Source: Macrostomum lignano
Taxonomy: Eukaryota
NCBI GenBank assembly: GCA_002269645.1
Contig: NIVC01000376.1
Span: 663,598 to 727,597 of the forward strand
DNA length: 64,000 nt
Direction: 5' to 3'
The position numbers and the translations under genes were made by a program. The notes beneath the pieces are model-generated. The model was not told where the DNA came from. It saw nothing but the letters and a program-made list of their open reading frames with translations, and did not search any database. Positions 1 to 12,283 of the stretch are shown piece by piece (within the stretch, counting starts at the first letter, position 1; every line of letters begins with the position of its first letter).

Positions 1-189
1 GCAGCTTTCAACATGGGCCTGACATTACAAGGTCTAGATTTTCCGTTATGCTTTAGACTGCTCTAGACAATAACAAAAATTATCAAATAATAACAGCGTC
101 ACAGGGTGCACTTAAAAGACTTGGGAGCGAACCTAGACCGGATCCGGGCAGAAGGCCAGAAGGCAGTTGACAAAATGACAATTGCGCAT

Positions 190-512
190 CACTATTACTA
201 ATAATAATAATCATTATAATTGACTACACCTGCTTTAACGAACAGATGTGCAACCGACGGCTCAGCCGCAGCTATTGTGCGGCGCATCTGAAGGCTGCAT
301 ACGGCTGTTCAGTCCAAGGACTGGGGGGTCGCTACACACACCCTCAGTTACCCCAGCTAATGCTGGCACCCATTTTACAGCTGGGTGAACTGAAGCAATG
401 CAGAGTTAAGTGTCTTGCTCAAGGACACAAATTGTTCCGAGTGGGCCGAGTATCGAACCCCCGACCTTTCAGTCGTGAGTCCGACGCTCTAGCCACTAGC
501 CTACAACGCCCT
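190..512 (-). mobile_element. tRNA-derived CORE-type SINE (family 1), copy A
   Basis: The reverse complement reads tRNA-like head (gttgtaggctagtgg...ggttcgatactc), then a MIR/CORE-like segment (tgtgtccttgagcaagacacttaactctgcattgcttcagttcacccagctgtaaaatggg), then an (ATT)n tail. Near-colinear copies lie at 56598-56912 and 58105-58422. Confidence 0.85.
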
Positions 513-924
513 TCTAGACTACAATCTCTTTGGCTACAACCCCAAAGCATTTCCAGATACACCTGTTGAATAATTTCGCCTTTTGTTAATACTCGTACGT
601 CGCACATCCTACTTTTGTTAATAACAAACAATCTGCTTTAATTATGATCAGCTTTATACAGAGAATATCGAGCGCTATATAGCGCTGTATAGCGCTCGAT
701 ATTATCTGGCTTTATATTATACGAGTGGAAATCCTCCTTCGGAGGAGAAAGGGGAAGAACTACCATCACCGGAATTCCATTCCCTGAAATCCATCAGCTG
801 ATTAGAACAGCCATAAAATATATGGTTCTTTTATCATTAACTTGAAAAAGGAAAAAAATTGATGCCACACTTGTATATTTGAAACTGTATATTTTAAATC
901 GGTTAACAAAAACTGGTGTCAGAG

Positions 925-3900
925 TCAGCCGATCTGGCCAGATGCCTGTGTCGCCCCTGCCCGGCCCTGAAGCGCCGTCCGTCCGACGGTGCCGAGTCGC
1001 CGCAGCCGCCGCCGGGCCGCCCAGTAGCCGCGCCATCGCTCGAAGTCGCCGGCACGCCCGCCCGCCTTGGCGAACTCCTCAGTGGAGAAGCTCGGGTCCG
1101 GCTGGACAGTGACGCACCAGCTCAGCGGAGCCGCGCTTGCCTCCTCCGCTACTTCAGCATCTACAGCGTCCTCTTCATCTTCAAGGTCGTCATCGTCGTC
1201 CTTGCCGCCAACTGAGAGCTCACCGGATGCCAGGCTGCCCAGAGCTCCTTGAATATCGGCAGCAGAGGGCGCCAGTGGGGTCAGCCTGAAGGGATTCAAC
1301 GAGCGGAGAAGCTCGGAAAATCCGGACACAGCGTCGCCGAAGACCAGGTAGGTGCCCGGGCGGAGGCGACGCTTGCTTTCCAACGCGGCGGCGACAACGT
1401 AGCGCGCTTTCAGACGACGTCGAAGCGTGCGCGCCGGCATCCGATCAGTGTGGGCGCCGTCCAGCAGCAGTCGGCCGGTGCGCGGCTCCCACACGGGCGG
1501 ATAGGCGCCTACCAGGCCGCAGCTGGCTCGGACAGAGCGCCACAGTGTTCCAGTTGCGTGTGCCACCGCCTGGGCCACCACCAGGTCGGTGCTGACCGCT
1601 ACAAACGGCAGCCAGAGATCCTCGGCCTGACGGTGATCGCCGAACAGTTGCCGGAGGGAGGCGTTGAGCTCCGCTCCGGTGTAAGTTGCCACCAGCGGCA
1701 GCGTTAGGTCGCGCAAGCGAGACCAGCGCGAGTCGATGCGCGCCCAGTGGCGCTGCAAGCCGGCTCGAGTGGCGCCAATGTCGCCTTCGTGCAGCGCCCA
1801 GGCCGCGGCGGTGAGCGCGCCGAGGCCGCTCCCAGCGATCATATCGACTGCGACGCCGTCGGACAGCAGAGCTTCCAGAACGCCGAAGTTGGCCAGACCG
1901 CGGGGCACCGCGCTGCCGAAGGCGAGGCCGACCCCGACGCCGGTGACGCAGCGGGTCAGGCGGGCGAGATCCGAGTGGGAGCTGATCCAGCTGGCCAACT
2001 CAGGCTGCTGTGCGGCCGACTGCGCTGCTGGTTTTGCAGCAGAGCCTTCGGGCTTTGGCTTGTAACGCCCTGTGCTGTAGCGCACATGGTACACGCGTCG
2101 AGCCCACCACCTGGTAATTGACAAAAATTTACTACTCATATCAGTAGGACGCTTGCAGCTTGCGATAGAAGGGAGTCAAGTTTTGAATCGTGCACTCTAC
2201 CAGGGGTTTAGGTCAGCGCCTTTAAACTCCTGAATTATCTCTAGACTAAATGTCGATTCAGGGTGCAAGTTGAATGAAAATCACCGACGTGTGGAAAACT
2301 CGAAAACTGAAATTACCTTCGCCGTCGGAGAAAGCGCAGCGAAGTGCCCTCCGGCACTGGACGCAGGGTCAGTGGGTGAAACACTGCCACGTGTACCCGA
2401 CTAAGATGCATCTTAGTCGCATCTTTCTAAGAGAGTAGAAATTTTCTGCTTTGCTCGGCACCTCGCCGCTCGCGTCAGCTCCAGCCACGTCCGAGTCGCA
2501 GCACACGACTAGACAGTCGAGAAAGCCGAGCACCATCCGGGTCCACCGGGTCACCGGACCGGTGCTGACTAGCACTAAGACGGAGAAGGCCAGCTCCAGG
2601 TCCTCCAGCCAGTTGCGCAGCGCCGCATCGGGCAGCTGATCAGCCGGACGGCCAAAGTGCCGCTCGACGTCGGTTTCCGACACAACCATGGCAGTGTCAG
2701 TGCCATGGGCTGCGTCCAGACAGAGCTGGAGGTGATGCAGCAGCTCGTTCAGGTTGAACCGTGTCGGATCAACCAGACGGGATCGGTTTCGCCGTCGCTG
2801 CCTCGTCAGCCAAGCAGTCACATGCGCAACTGGCTTCTCGTCTTCATCTGGCGCGTAGCCAAGGTCGTCGTCGTTGTTTTCTTTGAATCCATTGTCGCTT
2901 GCGTCACGACGGCAAACCCGAAGCCGCGTTTGTTTCCGGCGTTGGAGCCGCGTCAGCCGCTGCTGCTGACGGTCGAGCTGGGCCTCGCACATGCTGCCCA
3001 ACAGGCGGTCAAGGATGTTCAGCCTACGAGTATTGGAGACCCAAGCCCGAGCCAGGCTGAGCGGCAGTGAGACGGCGCGAGACTCGCGAACGGCCACAAT
3101 GTCACCGGACCAGCATGTGCTGACGGCGCTGCTCTCCATCAAGCCTTCAATCAGGCCGGCGCAGTCGCCGCGAGTAAACTCGGTGCTACCGTCGCGTCGA
3201 AGACGACCGCTGACAACGATCTCTACTGTTTCTGTGGGATCACCTTTTCGAACCAGATGATCTCCTCGGTGAAGCCTTCGATTGTTAATGAGCGTGTCGT
3301 AGAGAAACACCTGACGAGTCAGTTGACGCAGCAAGAAGCTAACGGCGGCCTCCGAAGAGGATTCTGTCGCTTTCGGGGATCTGAATTTCGGTTTTAATGT
3401 TTTGAAAGGCTTAATTGTTTGAATCTAGCACAAATCTACAGAGCTGCATAAGTATGTATGTCTTTACAAATACATTCTCAGAAATTTATAATTGGATAAA
3501 ATTCTGAATGCAGCTAAAAATTTAGTACAAGAATACATTTATACCATGTCTACATGAAACTTTTGCTTACAAATTAGCCGATGGGCTCCCTCAAAAATAA
3601 AATAAACCTGAACATCTCGTCCATCAAAGCGTCGGAAATGATGACTAAAACGACGCCGCCTCCGCCGCCGCCACCGCCAACGACGCCGCTGCCATCGCGT
3701 TTCGCATCATCTTCGTCATCAGCATCGTCGACAGCCGGTCGCACCAGGAATGGCAGTCGACTTTGCGCAAAGTACGGGACAAGACCGACCCAGCCTGGCA
3801 GAACGCTGCTGCTTCCCTGGCTGACGCCAAGCGTGGCCTGAGTTGGCGTGGTCTCCAGGCGTCCTTCCAGCACCAGGAAGGCGCGAAAACCGTCCAGAGC

Positions 3901-5349
3901 TTCCTTATCTGGTGCCACTGAGCAATACACAATTGTGATGTGATCTTCAGCGCCTTCGCTTGGGCTGGCCGTCCCACTGATCTCCTCGAGCAACCGGACA
4001 GCCAGCCGTCGGTACAAGGGCCTGCGCTCGTAGAATGACATGCTGGCAAAATTCACGCCTGAGGTTGCGGCTACTTCGTCCGCAAGGCGGTCGATTTCTT
4101 GGGAAAGCAAATCTTCGTAGAATTTTGTTTCTAGAAAACTGAAAAAAGCAGGAAGATTGCGTACTTTCTTTAATGCTCGTACTTTCTGGCCAAGTTCAGT
4201 CTTCAGTCTTTGATCTATTCAACGCCAAAGATCTTATTTGGGATTTGTCTACAAAAATTGGCTGAGGCTTGCCATGACAATAACACACATAAGAGCCAAT
4301 CCCCAAGGCACATAGAGTGTACATGCCTGACGTCAGAGCCGCTGTATACCCTGTTTGAGCGTGTGTATGAGGAGGATGCCCACAGGTCTCCTACCAATGT
4401 TTATGTATGTACTTTATCATTCTATGCGACAAGATAAAATGTCATTACGAGCTCCTCTACTTCGACCCCTCACTGCCACAGAAACGCATTTGATTAAGAA
4501 TCGAACAGAACGTGCTACCCGAGCACAAACATGTGCACACCTTCCTGCCTCCAGTCCGAGCCACTCCACCAGCACCAGCAGCAAGGTGTCGTTGATATGC
4601 GACCAAAGCTGCAGCAGCAAGTGTCGTTTGGCCTCCGGCCATGCGTCCAGACAGTTGGCAATGCTCGCAAAGGAGATCGACCAAAAACCGGCTGGCGGCA
4701 TCCGGGCGTGCAGGCTGCACGGAAACGAGTGGACAGCTTGCGAGATGCTCTGCCGTTGCCGCTCCGACAGCAGAGAGCGCGCCAGGCCGCTAGGACTGTA
4801 CAGAAGCCGCAGGCCGCCGGTGCGGAACCGAGTGGCAGCTCCGCCTCCACTGGCAGGCTGCAGGCTGAGTGTGACTTGAGTGTCCGAGTCGGACAGAACG
4901 AAAAGCCGATCGAGGCCCGTGTCGCTCTGGTAGAAGCAGTCGCAATGCACAAAACGCCCGCAACCTTGCTCACGACCTTCGGTTTGCAGAGCCTCGGCAA
5001 TGGCCGTTAAAGGCTTGGAGTCGAGCGTCTTGAAGAACGGCGAGTCGCTCAATGCTTCGATAAGGCTGTCGAGCTCGGTTCGCTTGCGCACCTCCTCGTC
5101 TATGAAGTCTTGCAGGGAGCTGATCGACCTGCTCACAGTGGAGCTACGATCTCGCCCCAACTGGCACTGAGCTTCGACCTCCGTTTCCAACTGGTAGCTG
5201 CTGGCGCTCAGCAGGCTGATGATGTTGGACAGAGTCTGCGTAGGGCGCACTGCCCGATAGCGCAAGAATTTGTACGCGAGACGTTGCACTGTGTGCGCGA
5301 GAGTGAGGCATACGGCCAGGGCAGCAAGTAGCCAGCTAAGCTGTAGCAT
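925..5349 (-). CDS. PNPLA6: Neuropathy target esterase / swiss cheese-like protein: N-terminal TM, cNMP-binding-like domains and patatin domain; multi-exon; catalytic motifs degenerate
   Basis: Approximate exons: 5349-~4470, 4138-3608, ~3380-2397, 2356-2317, ~2150-925. Hydrophobic N-terminus (MLQLSWLLAALAVCL) and CNB-like segments (LVRKGDPTETVEIVVSGRLR, GDIVAVRES). The patatin region has SDLARL, DLTLP, LWLPFVAVSTD, LWRSVRASCGL and LLLDGA, all matching the NTE family. Orthology versus paralogy is not resolved. Confidence 0.85.
4295..4400 (+). mobile_element. SINE family 2 internal fragment in intron 1 of the NTE-like gene
   Basis: gagccaatccccaaggcacatagagtgtacatgcc...gccgctgtataccctgtttgag matches the body of the full copy at 38181-38540. 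Confidence 0.6.
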
Positions 5350-5799
5350 GGTTTACCCAAGTTTTACAATATCTATATTGTTTAAACAACCAGCGTTGAC
5401 TTAATAAGCTGTTAAAATTAATTTGAGCCTCCGCCAGCGCCAATCGAGTTTGTGACACGTGCTTGACAAAACTTGGTTTTTAACATAGATAATTTATAGC
5501 TTTTTGCAGCTAATTTGGGCTTACGACGTACGCGCATTGAACTTAATCTAAGATAGGTTTGCCGATGTAACGGAGCTTTTGTCTATGGTAGCAAGGCTGG
5601 CACAGCGGCAAATTTGGTCCAACAAGCATCAATTTGGTCATAGCTTCATTTGCAACTGTTGCGGAGGAGCAAGATCAGCCCCAGAATAGTGGACCATATG
5701 CTAGGCTGTTGAAAGAATGCCATTGGCTTGTGAAGCACTCGACAGAGGTGAAAACCCAAAGAACATTGCAAGGTTGCTGAATGTAAAAGAAAAGATGGT

Positions 5800-7225
5800 T
5801 TGCATCATCCATCAGCGCGTTAAAACTCTGCCGGCAGAGATTGCCTGCGAAAGGGTGGCAATCGCCAAAGCAAGTAGCTCGAGAGCCTCTTGACCCGCTT
5901 CGGCAAAGGTGCGGGGCCAGTCAGGGCGGTCCGCCAGTACGTCCTGCAGCGTTATCTTCGTTGGGGAAGAAAGAGGCTCGTCTAGTTGCCCGAAGGAACC
6001 GGACGAGCCGTGAGATGTTCTCGGGTCTGCAAACGTCATCGATGGATGGGTTTGGACCGAGGTGGTTTAGCTGCTCCCTAGTGAAGAACGGGCATTGACA
6101 GACGAAATGCTGAGCATCTTCGTTGTCGTACTCGCAAAAGAGGCTCACTTCATTCCGGATGTCGCCCCGGAGGAAGCAGTGCCTAGCGAAGCAGCCATAA
6201 CCCGTGAGGGTCATAGCAAGAGCTCGGATGTCCTTCCTGCTTTGGTTCAGGAGGACAGTTCGGAGCTTTCGAGATGGACGAGGGACCGCCCCACGTGATT
6301 GTCGGCAGGTGGTGAGGTTCATCCATCTGTCCCTGTGCAGGGCGGAGGCCCAGGCATCAATGCTGCGATTGATGATGGCCGCAGGGATCGGAGCCAAGGG
6401 CAGGGGTCCCTGGAGGGAGCCGCCACTTCCTTGTTTTGCAAGCGAGTCGGCCAGCTCGTTTCCAGGGAAGCCCGCGTGACCTGGGATCCATTTGACCTGG
6501 ACGGCATTTTTGCGTCCCAGCGTATTGAGCATCCGGACGCAGTCGGAGACCGTCCGGGAGGCCGTAGTGGTGTGACAGAGGGCTAGCAGAGCAGTCTGAC
6601 TGTCGGAGCGAAAAACTATATTTCCGGAGGTGTTTTTGGTGCACAGCTCTGCAGCGCAGGAGCTAATAGCAAGGACCTCGTTCTGGAAGACAGTAGAGAG
6701 TCTTCCAGTGTGCTGGGCATGCGTGGCGAGCACGCGGCCATTGGTGAGAATGCAGACCCCAAAGCCGGAGAGGCCATCTTTTAGGGATCCGTCTGTGTAG
6801 CAGTGGACCTCCTGGGGATTCCAGTGGTTGTTTGCCTCCTCTCGGGGAGGAAGACTGACCTTGAATCAAAGACAAAGGTTGAGCGTGCGAGGTTCCCCGT
6901 CCGAGAGGACGTTGAGGCTGCCGCTCTCCTGCAAATCTTTGAGACAAAGGTCGGAGTGAGGCAGATGCTTGCGCTTAGCCATTGCCCTCTGGGGCTTGAG
7001 AGTGATGCCGGTGTCGATGAGACGCCGGGCAGCTTTTTCTGCCTCACTGCGGACGAAAATGTCCAGCGGAGGCAGGTCAAGGAAAGCGTTGAGGCTGTCA
7101 AAGGGAGCAGAGGGCGGGGCACTCATGAGCACGCCCCTGCACTCGTTTAAGAGCCTCGAAGCAGGTCTTAATCTGCAGGGCACTGGCCCAGGCTCGAGAG
7201 CCTCATGTCCAACTGCTACTTGATG
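5800..7225 (-). mobile_element. 5'-truncated, disrupted non-LTR retrotransposon (RNase H plus C-terminal CCHC; R1/Loa-like)
   Basis: ORF 6733-5921 has RNase H motifs SDSQTAL and WIPGHAGFPGNELADSLAK, followed by a CxxC-like...HxxxxC knuckle (LFCEYDNEDAQHFVCQCP). Upstream frames contain a post-RT LNAFLDLPPLDIF segment. Frameshifts and stops separate the pieces. Confidence 0.9.
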
Positions 7226-7649
7226 CAGTTGAGACGAACCCTTTGTTTACGTTGCAGAAATGCAGCAGAAGTTGAAGGAACAGTTTCAGTTGGTTATCAG
7301 ATTTTGACTATCAGCAGAGCTCTGGAAAAGCGACTGAAAATTGTTGGTAGAAACGCTGACTTTCCAGCAGTACGCAACAATCGCAGACGGTTGTGAGAAG
7401 GCAAGATTTTGTCCAATGGCTCACGAGCGTTCGGACCAAATTGATGCTTGTTGGGCCAAATTAAATGCCGCTGCGGCAGCCAATTGCTACCATAGACAAA
7501 AGCTCCGTTTCATTGGCAAACGTATCTTGGATTAACTTCAATGCGCGTAAGCCCAAATGGGGTGCAAAAAGCTATATTAAAGATTGGTTTCTCTATGCAT
7601 ACATGCTTGCTTATGGACCAAACAGTTTTAACCTCAAGCCAAATATACA

Positions 7650-7850
7650 TACAATATGGGAAAAATACAAAAAAGGGAAACTTGTAACTAAGACTGAGGA
7701 TATTACAGAAGTGTGGAAAGAATATCGCGAAAATCACTACAACTACGGTGTACTCAGTGAAGTGAGAGAAATCTTATTGTCAGAAGTTGCAGCTGCCATC
7801 AAAGAACTGAAGGCGCCAGACAACATAAGGCAGAATTTTTTATCTGGTGC
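7650..7850 (+). mobile_element. Possible short relic of a LINE endonuclease-RT linker
   Basis: KGKLVTKTEDITEVWKEY...ILLSEVAAAIKELKAPDNI resembles the region just before the RT of RTE/CR1-type LINEs. No catalytic motifs are present. Confidence 0.35.
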
Positions 7851-10800
7851 GAAATGGCATATCTTTTAAACACTACTACGAGTACTAACAGTAGCATAAT
7901 AAGTTGCTGCGATATGAATAATCGAACTTATACGTTCGTGTTATTAGGCTATTTAGTGGAAAATTGACTTTTGAAAGAAAAATCATTAAGGAAGCAATGA
8001 TTGCATTGAAGATGGTCTATCTACAAGGCTACGTGGTTTGAAATAGGATGTACTTAATTTAAAAAAACAAATAGCATTCCTGCAAGATTTCAACCGTGCG
8101 GCAGTTTCTTAAAGCATTTTTAATCTCTGTACAGTCTCTTTATTCGAGCGCAGTAACAACTTCTCAAAATCTCTTTTGTTTCCAAATTCCAATACCAAGA
8201 GCTTTACTTGCAACTCAAAAGCTTCATAAATCCAGGATGCCTTTTGAATCTCTCAACTGGCGTTTAAGCCATGGAGTTTAAATAGCTACAGAATTTTACG
8301 TCAGTTAGTGAAACGGTGAAATAAAAAAACTGCTTTAACTTAATGACATCTGAAGCAAGTACGTATCAAGAGTTTCAAGTAAAAAATTATCGTTAGAACA
8401 AGTTTCCAACCGGTCAAGTTTCTACCCAATCCATCAAAAACTCAGTTTGTTATCCGTGAGAACTTTCTGTAGCACCCTGTATATTGCTTGTATGAAATAT
8501 CTGCATTCCACTCTGTAGCTACCTGATTTGTCGTGAAGCAATAAAATTTGCATTACACTAAGGCTGGTTGATGAGCAGGTCAAGCAGAAAGGTAGCCAGA
8601 CAAAGAAGGAAAATCTCGGTTAAAGGAATGATTTGATGAGTTATTCAAAAAGCCTTAGCAGATCCCGGCGCTTTTGATCCGGAATTATTCCGAATTAGGC
8701 AAATCCAGTCAAGCCAAGAAGACTCTTGGAGCAGGGAAGCCCTGGAAGCTGAATTTATTCCTTATTATCAAGATTAACGACAACAAAATCGAAGTACGAG
8801 TGAAACAGCTCAGAAAAATCGAATTATCGTCAATTGGTTTACAATGAAACTAAATAAGCTGTATCAAATTTTTTTGATGTTTAATCAAAATCCAACTTGG
8901 CGATTTTTTATGATTTCAGCAGCCAAAGCAACGCAAGTATACAGACTTGGGTCTCTGTTAGAAGTTTTTCGTATCAACTTTTGTATCGCATGATTTTTTC
9001 TGCTTCATATTTTCAAGGGTTTTTCAGTAGATCCTGTACCCAGTGCTTGAATTGAAAGAGGAATTTTCAACGGATAAAATTTACCGTTTTTAAACCAGCA
9101 GTAAACCAGCAGATTCCATGGTCTGTCGAGGAGCTCATCCTCATGGTTAACAACCTGTCGGTGCCGTGCCTCCCAAGTTGTGACTTCTGGTGACTCATCT
9201 GTCTAACAGAACAGACCTGGCAGTAGCTGAGACAGGGTCAAACAGGCTCTGAAATTGCACGACCAGTTGGAAATCAGTGGATTAACTATTGAATCATTTT
9301 CTGGTCTGCCAAGCTGCCAGTCACAAAATTTCTGATTGCTGCTGTGACATAATCAATATGTACACATGTGCACTGAATGTGCGACTAGAATGTATAATTA
9401 CTGCAGGTAATTTTTTCACTTTTCTACTACCACTTTGTCTGCTGCAGTGTACAATATCAGTACATGTAAAGTGTAAATATATATTATTTGTGTACTGTAG
9501 CATTACATTATTCTAGAAACTGTGCATGTCTATGAAATGAATTCTATTTGGTTCCTTCTAGTCGTAATGCACCTCAACAAAATAAGAAAATAAGTCAACT
9601 ATTCTATTCAGAAGGTTAAATTTGCAGCATTTACAAACTAATGACAGTGGATTGCTCAAAAATCAGGCCAGCTAGGATCTGTATTAAAGCCATTCAATAA
9701 GCCAAATCCTCCAGAGACCATTCGATAGTAGAGTCTTCTTCGATAAAGTTTTGAAAAAGTCATCCTAAAGACAATTTAATTCTTTAAATCCCATCAATAG
9801 AGTATTTTATTGATTAATGCATGATTAAACGTTTGTACTACTTTCAATAGTACGCTTAATTTAAACCTTAAGTTTTCGATCTTTATCGGAGGAAATTGGA
9901 AAAGATTTTCAAAAAGATTTATACCGAGTGCCGTTCGTAGCTTTAACCTTCTCGCTATTGAACTGACTTTACTGTGCACTGGAGGTTGTAAGCTTCCCAT
10001 CCTAAAAGCAACTGTAAAAAATACATAAATCACCAGAATTTCTGTGGAATGAACTCACTCCAAAGTGCCACTGCGAGCTAAAATACGCATTTTAAAAATG
10101 AAGTTTTACGCTTTTAGATGAGGTTAAGCTGTCCACAGATTTAGGTAACTCTATAAGTAGACAAAAACTCTTTTCTAAACCAGCTAATCAAAAATCATAT
10201 TACCCAAAATGCTAGTCTTCATGTTGGCAATACACACACAGAGAGTAAGCAATTGCTCTAATTCCTAAAATGAATCATTGATCAACGCCTTACAACGTTT
10301 CGGGTTGGGTCGGGATCTCAAAGAGTAGTCCGCCATTAGTCAAATTAGCTGAAAAGAGACATCAAAATTAATTTAGGCCTCCACGTTGGCTCTTTTAAGC
10401 GTCCAGCAAAACCCTTTCTAGAGAATTTTTCTTTGATTTAAAATCGTCTGTTTTTCTAGCTTGTAAAGCACTAATCTGCCAACACAAGGATTTAAGTCGA
10501 CCTCGAGTTTTTCGACACATGACTTAATTGTGCTACACACAGGGACACACATTTAAAGCTGTTTTTTAGGTTTTGTCAGTCAGGAATTCCTCGGTGTTCC
10601 TCGCCACACGGGTTCACTGGCTACACTCTAAATAGTCACAAACACCTCCAGTCCAGGACCCCCAAAACTCTCCGGACCAGCCCTACCCCACGCCAGCCAA
10701 TTACCGCGCCGGAGGAGATAGAAAAGACTGAGTAAGCTGCCTGGCCCAGCCAATCAGATCTCACCAGGTCTCAGAGCCATAACCCAAGTCGAAAAAAATA

Positions 10801-12283
10801 TGCATAATACGTAAAGGCCCAGAAAATGGGGGAATGGAAAGGCAGGCACACTGAGTTATGCAGGGAAGCAAACGAAGGAAGAGTTGTCTGCCCTTGAACT
10901 GCAAAAAAGTGCAGAACACAACAAATCGTTCAATTTATCAATTATGTTTGGTATGGCTATCGGAGAAAGTGGGAAAGCAATAAAAAATATACTCTGTTCT
11001 GAGCTGATCAATCTCGTGTCTGACAGCATAGAATAGAAAATTAAGGTTGGGATAATTTTCCATGACATTTGTTGCTCTGGATCTCGTTCTCGTTGAAGGG
11101 CGATCTCGAATGCTTGAGAGAGGGCTTTAACAAGGAAAGATGCTTCTGTGCAAACCCAGTGTGTAAAATCCGAGTCTATAGGACTCTACATGTAGGTACA
11201 ATTGTATACTTTAGCCTAACTTTAGACTTAAGTATATAAAAACGCATCGCGTCGTAATCCATCGATGTATATCTCAATGTACAAAAGTACAAAAGTACAA
11301 AAGTACATATTTGTCAGCGACGCCGATAGACGGGATATTCGTGTGCCAGTCGGGTGAATTTTTATGTTTTTTAGCCATCACATTTAGCCATCTCGAGCGT
11401 TACATATACTATAAATTTTTGTAATTGATGTGTAAGTAAAATTTGAGTATATACTCAGCAACATTGAAAAGTCGCCACCCTTTGCCCCAGTAGGCAGTGT
11501 CTTTTGACCAGCGTCTATCACCCGGCCAACCATTTTGATAATAAAAAATGCTTGAAAAAACAATGAAAACCGATTGGAAGCTTCAATCCGATCTTCGCCC
11601 TCCGCTCTTCCCAATCCCTCCTCACCCAGCCTAACTCTGCGTTGCGTGGCGCAAATTGCGTCACTCAAAAGTCGATACTGAGCTGGAATCTACTGCGCAC
11701 TCTCAAAGGTGCCGACTTTTTAATGTTGTTGAGTATATTTTAGTAGTTATGCCGTCAATTCTGTCGATTTTAGTTTGAGCTATCGATATATTTGTTATTT
11801 GAAAAAAATCTTCTTTCATCAAATTTACCAGACTGAAAACCGTCCAATATTAAACAGTGGAGATTAGTTCATTTTTCTCTGTTTCTTGTTCCGCTGCCTC
11901 TTAGCAAAACAGTGCTTTCTGGTACCTCACAAAGTCATGGACGATTGCTAGAAGGGCTTCGACTTCAGCTGAGAAAATATTTCATCACTATTTCTAGGGA
12001 TTCTATCGCGTGACAATTTCAACGAAACAAACGAATTCCGAACTGAAGTTGGTAGATTGCGTTGAATACTTTGAGAGGCTTCCGTTGTAATTCATTCTGA
12101 CACTGTATTCATAAATAGCTCAGTAAAGACGGAACGCAAGTAAACCGGCAACTTTTATTTGCAAGAACAAAAAGTGTCTATTAAAGTTCAATTTATTGCA
12201 ACGGATTTTCAGATTGAAAGCGGGCATCAAAGTATCTGTTGGGGAGGCCGAAGTTCGTAAACTTTTTTTTCTGCAGAATTCCG

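Noticed and set aside
879-5349. Numerous plus-strand and alternate-frame ORFs over the NTE-like gene (likewise over the DEG/ENaC, GPCR and LINEs)
   Set aside because: Shadow ORFs of GC-rich coding sequence with no recognisable motifs.
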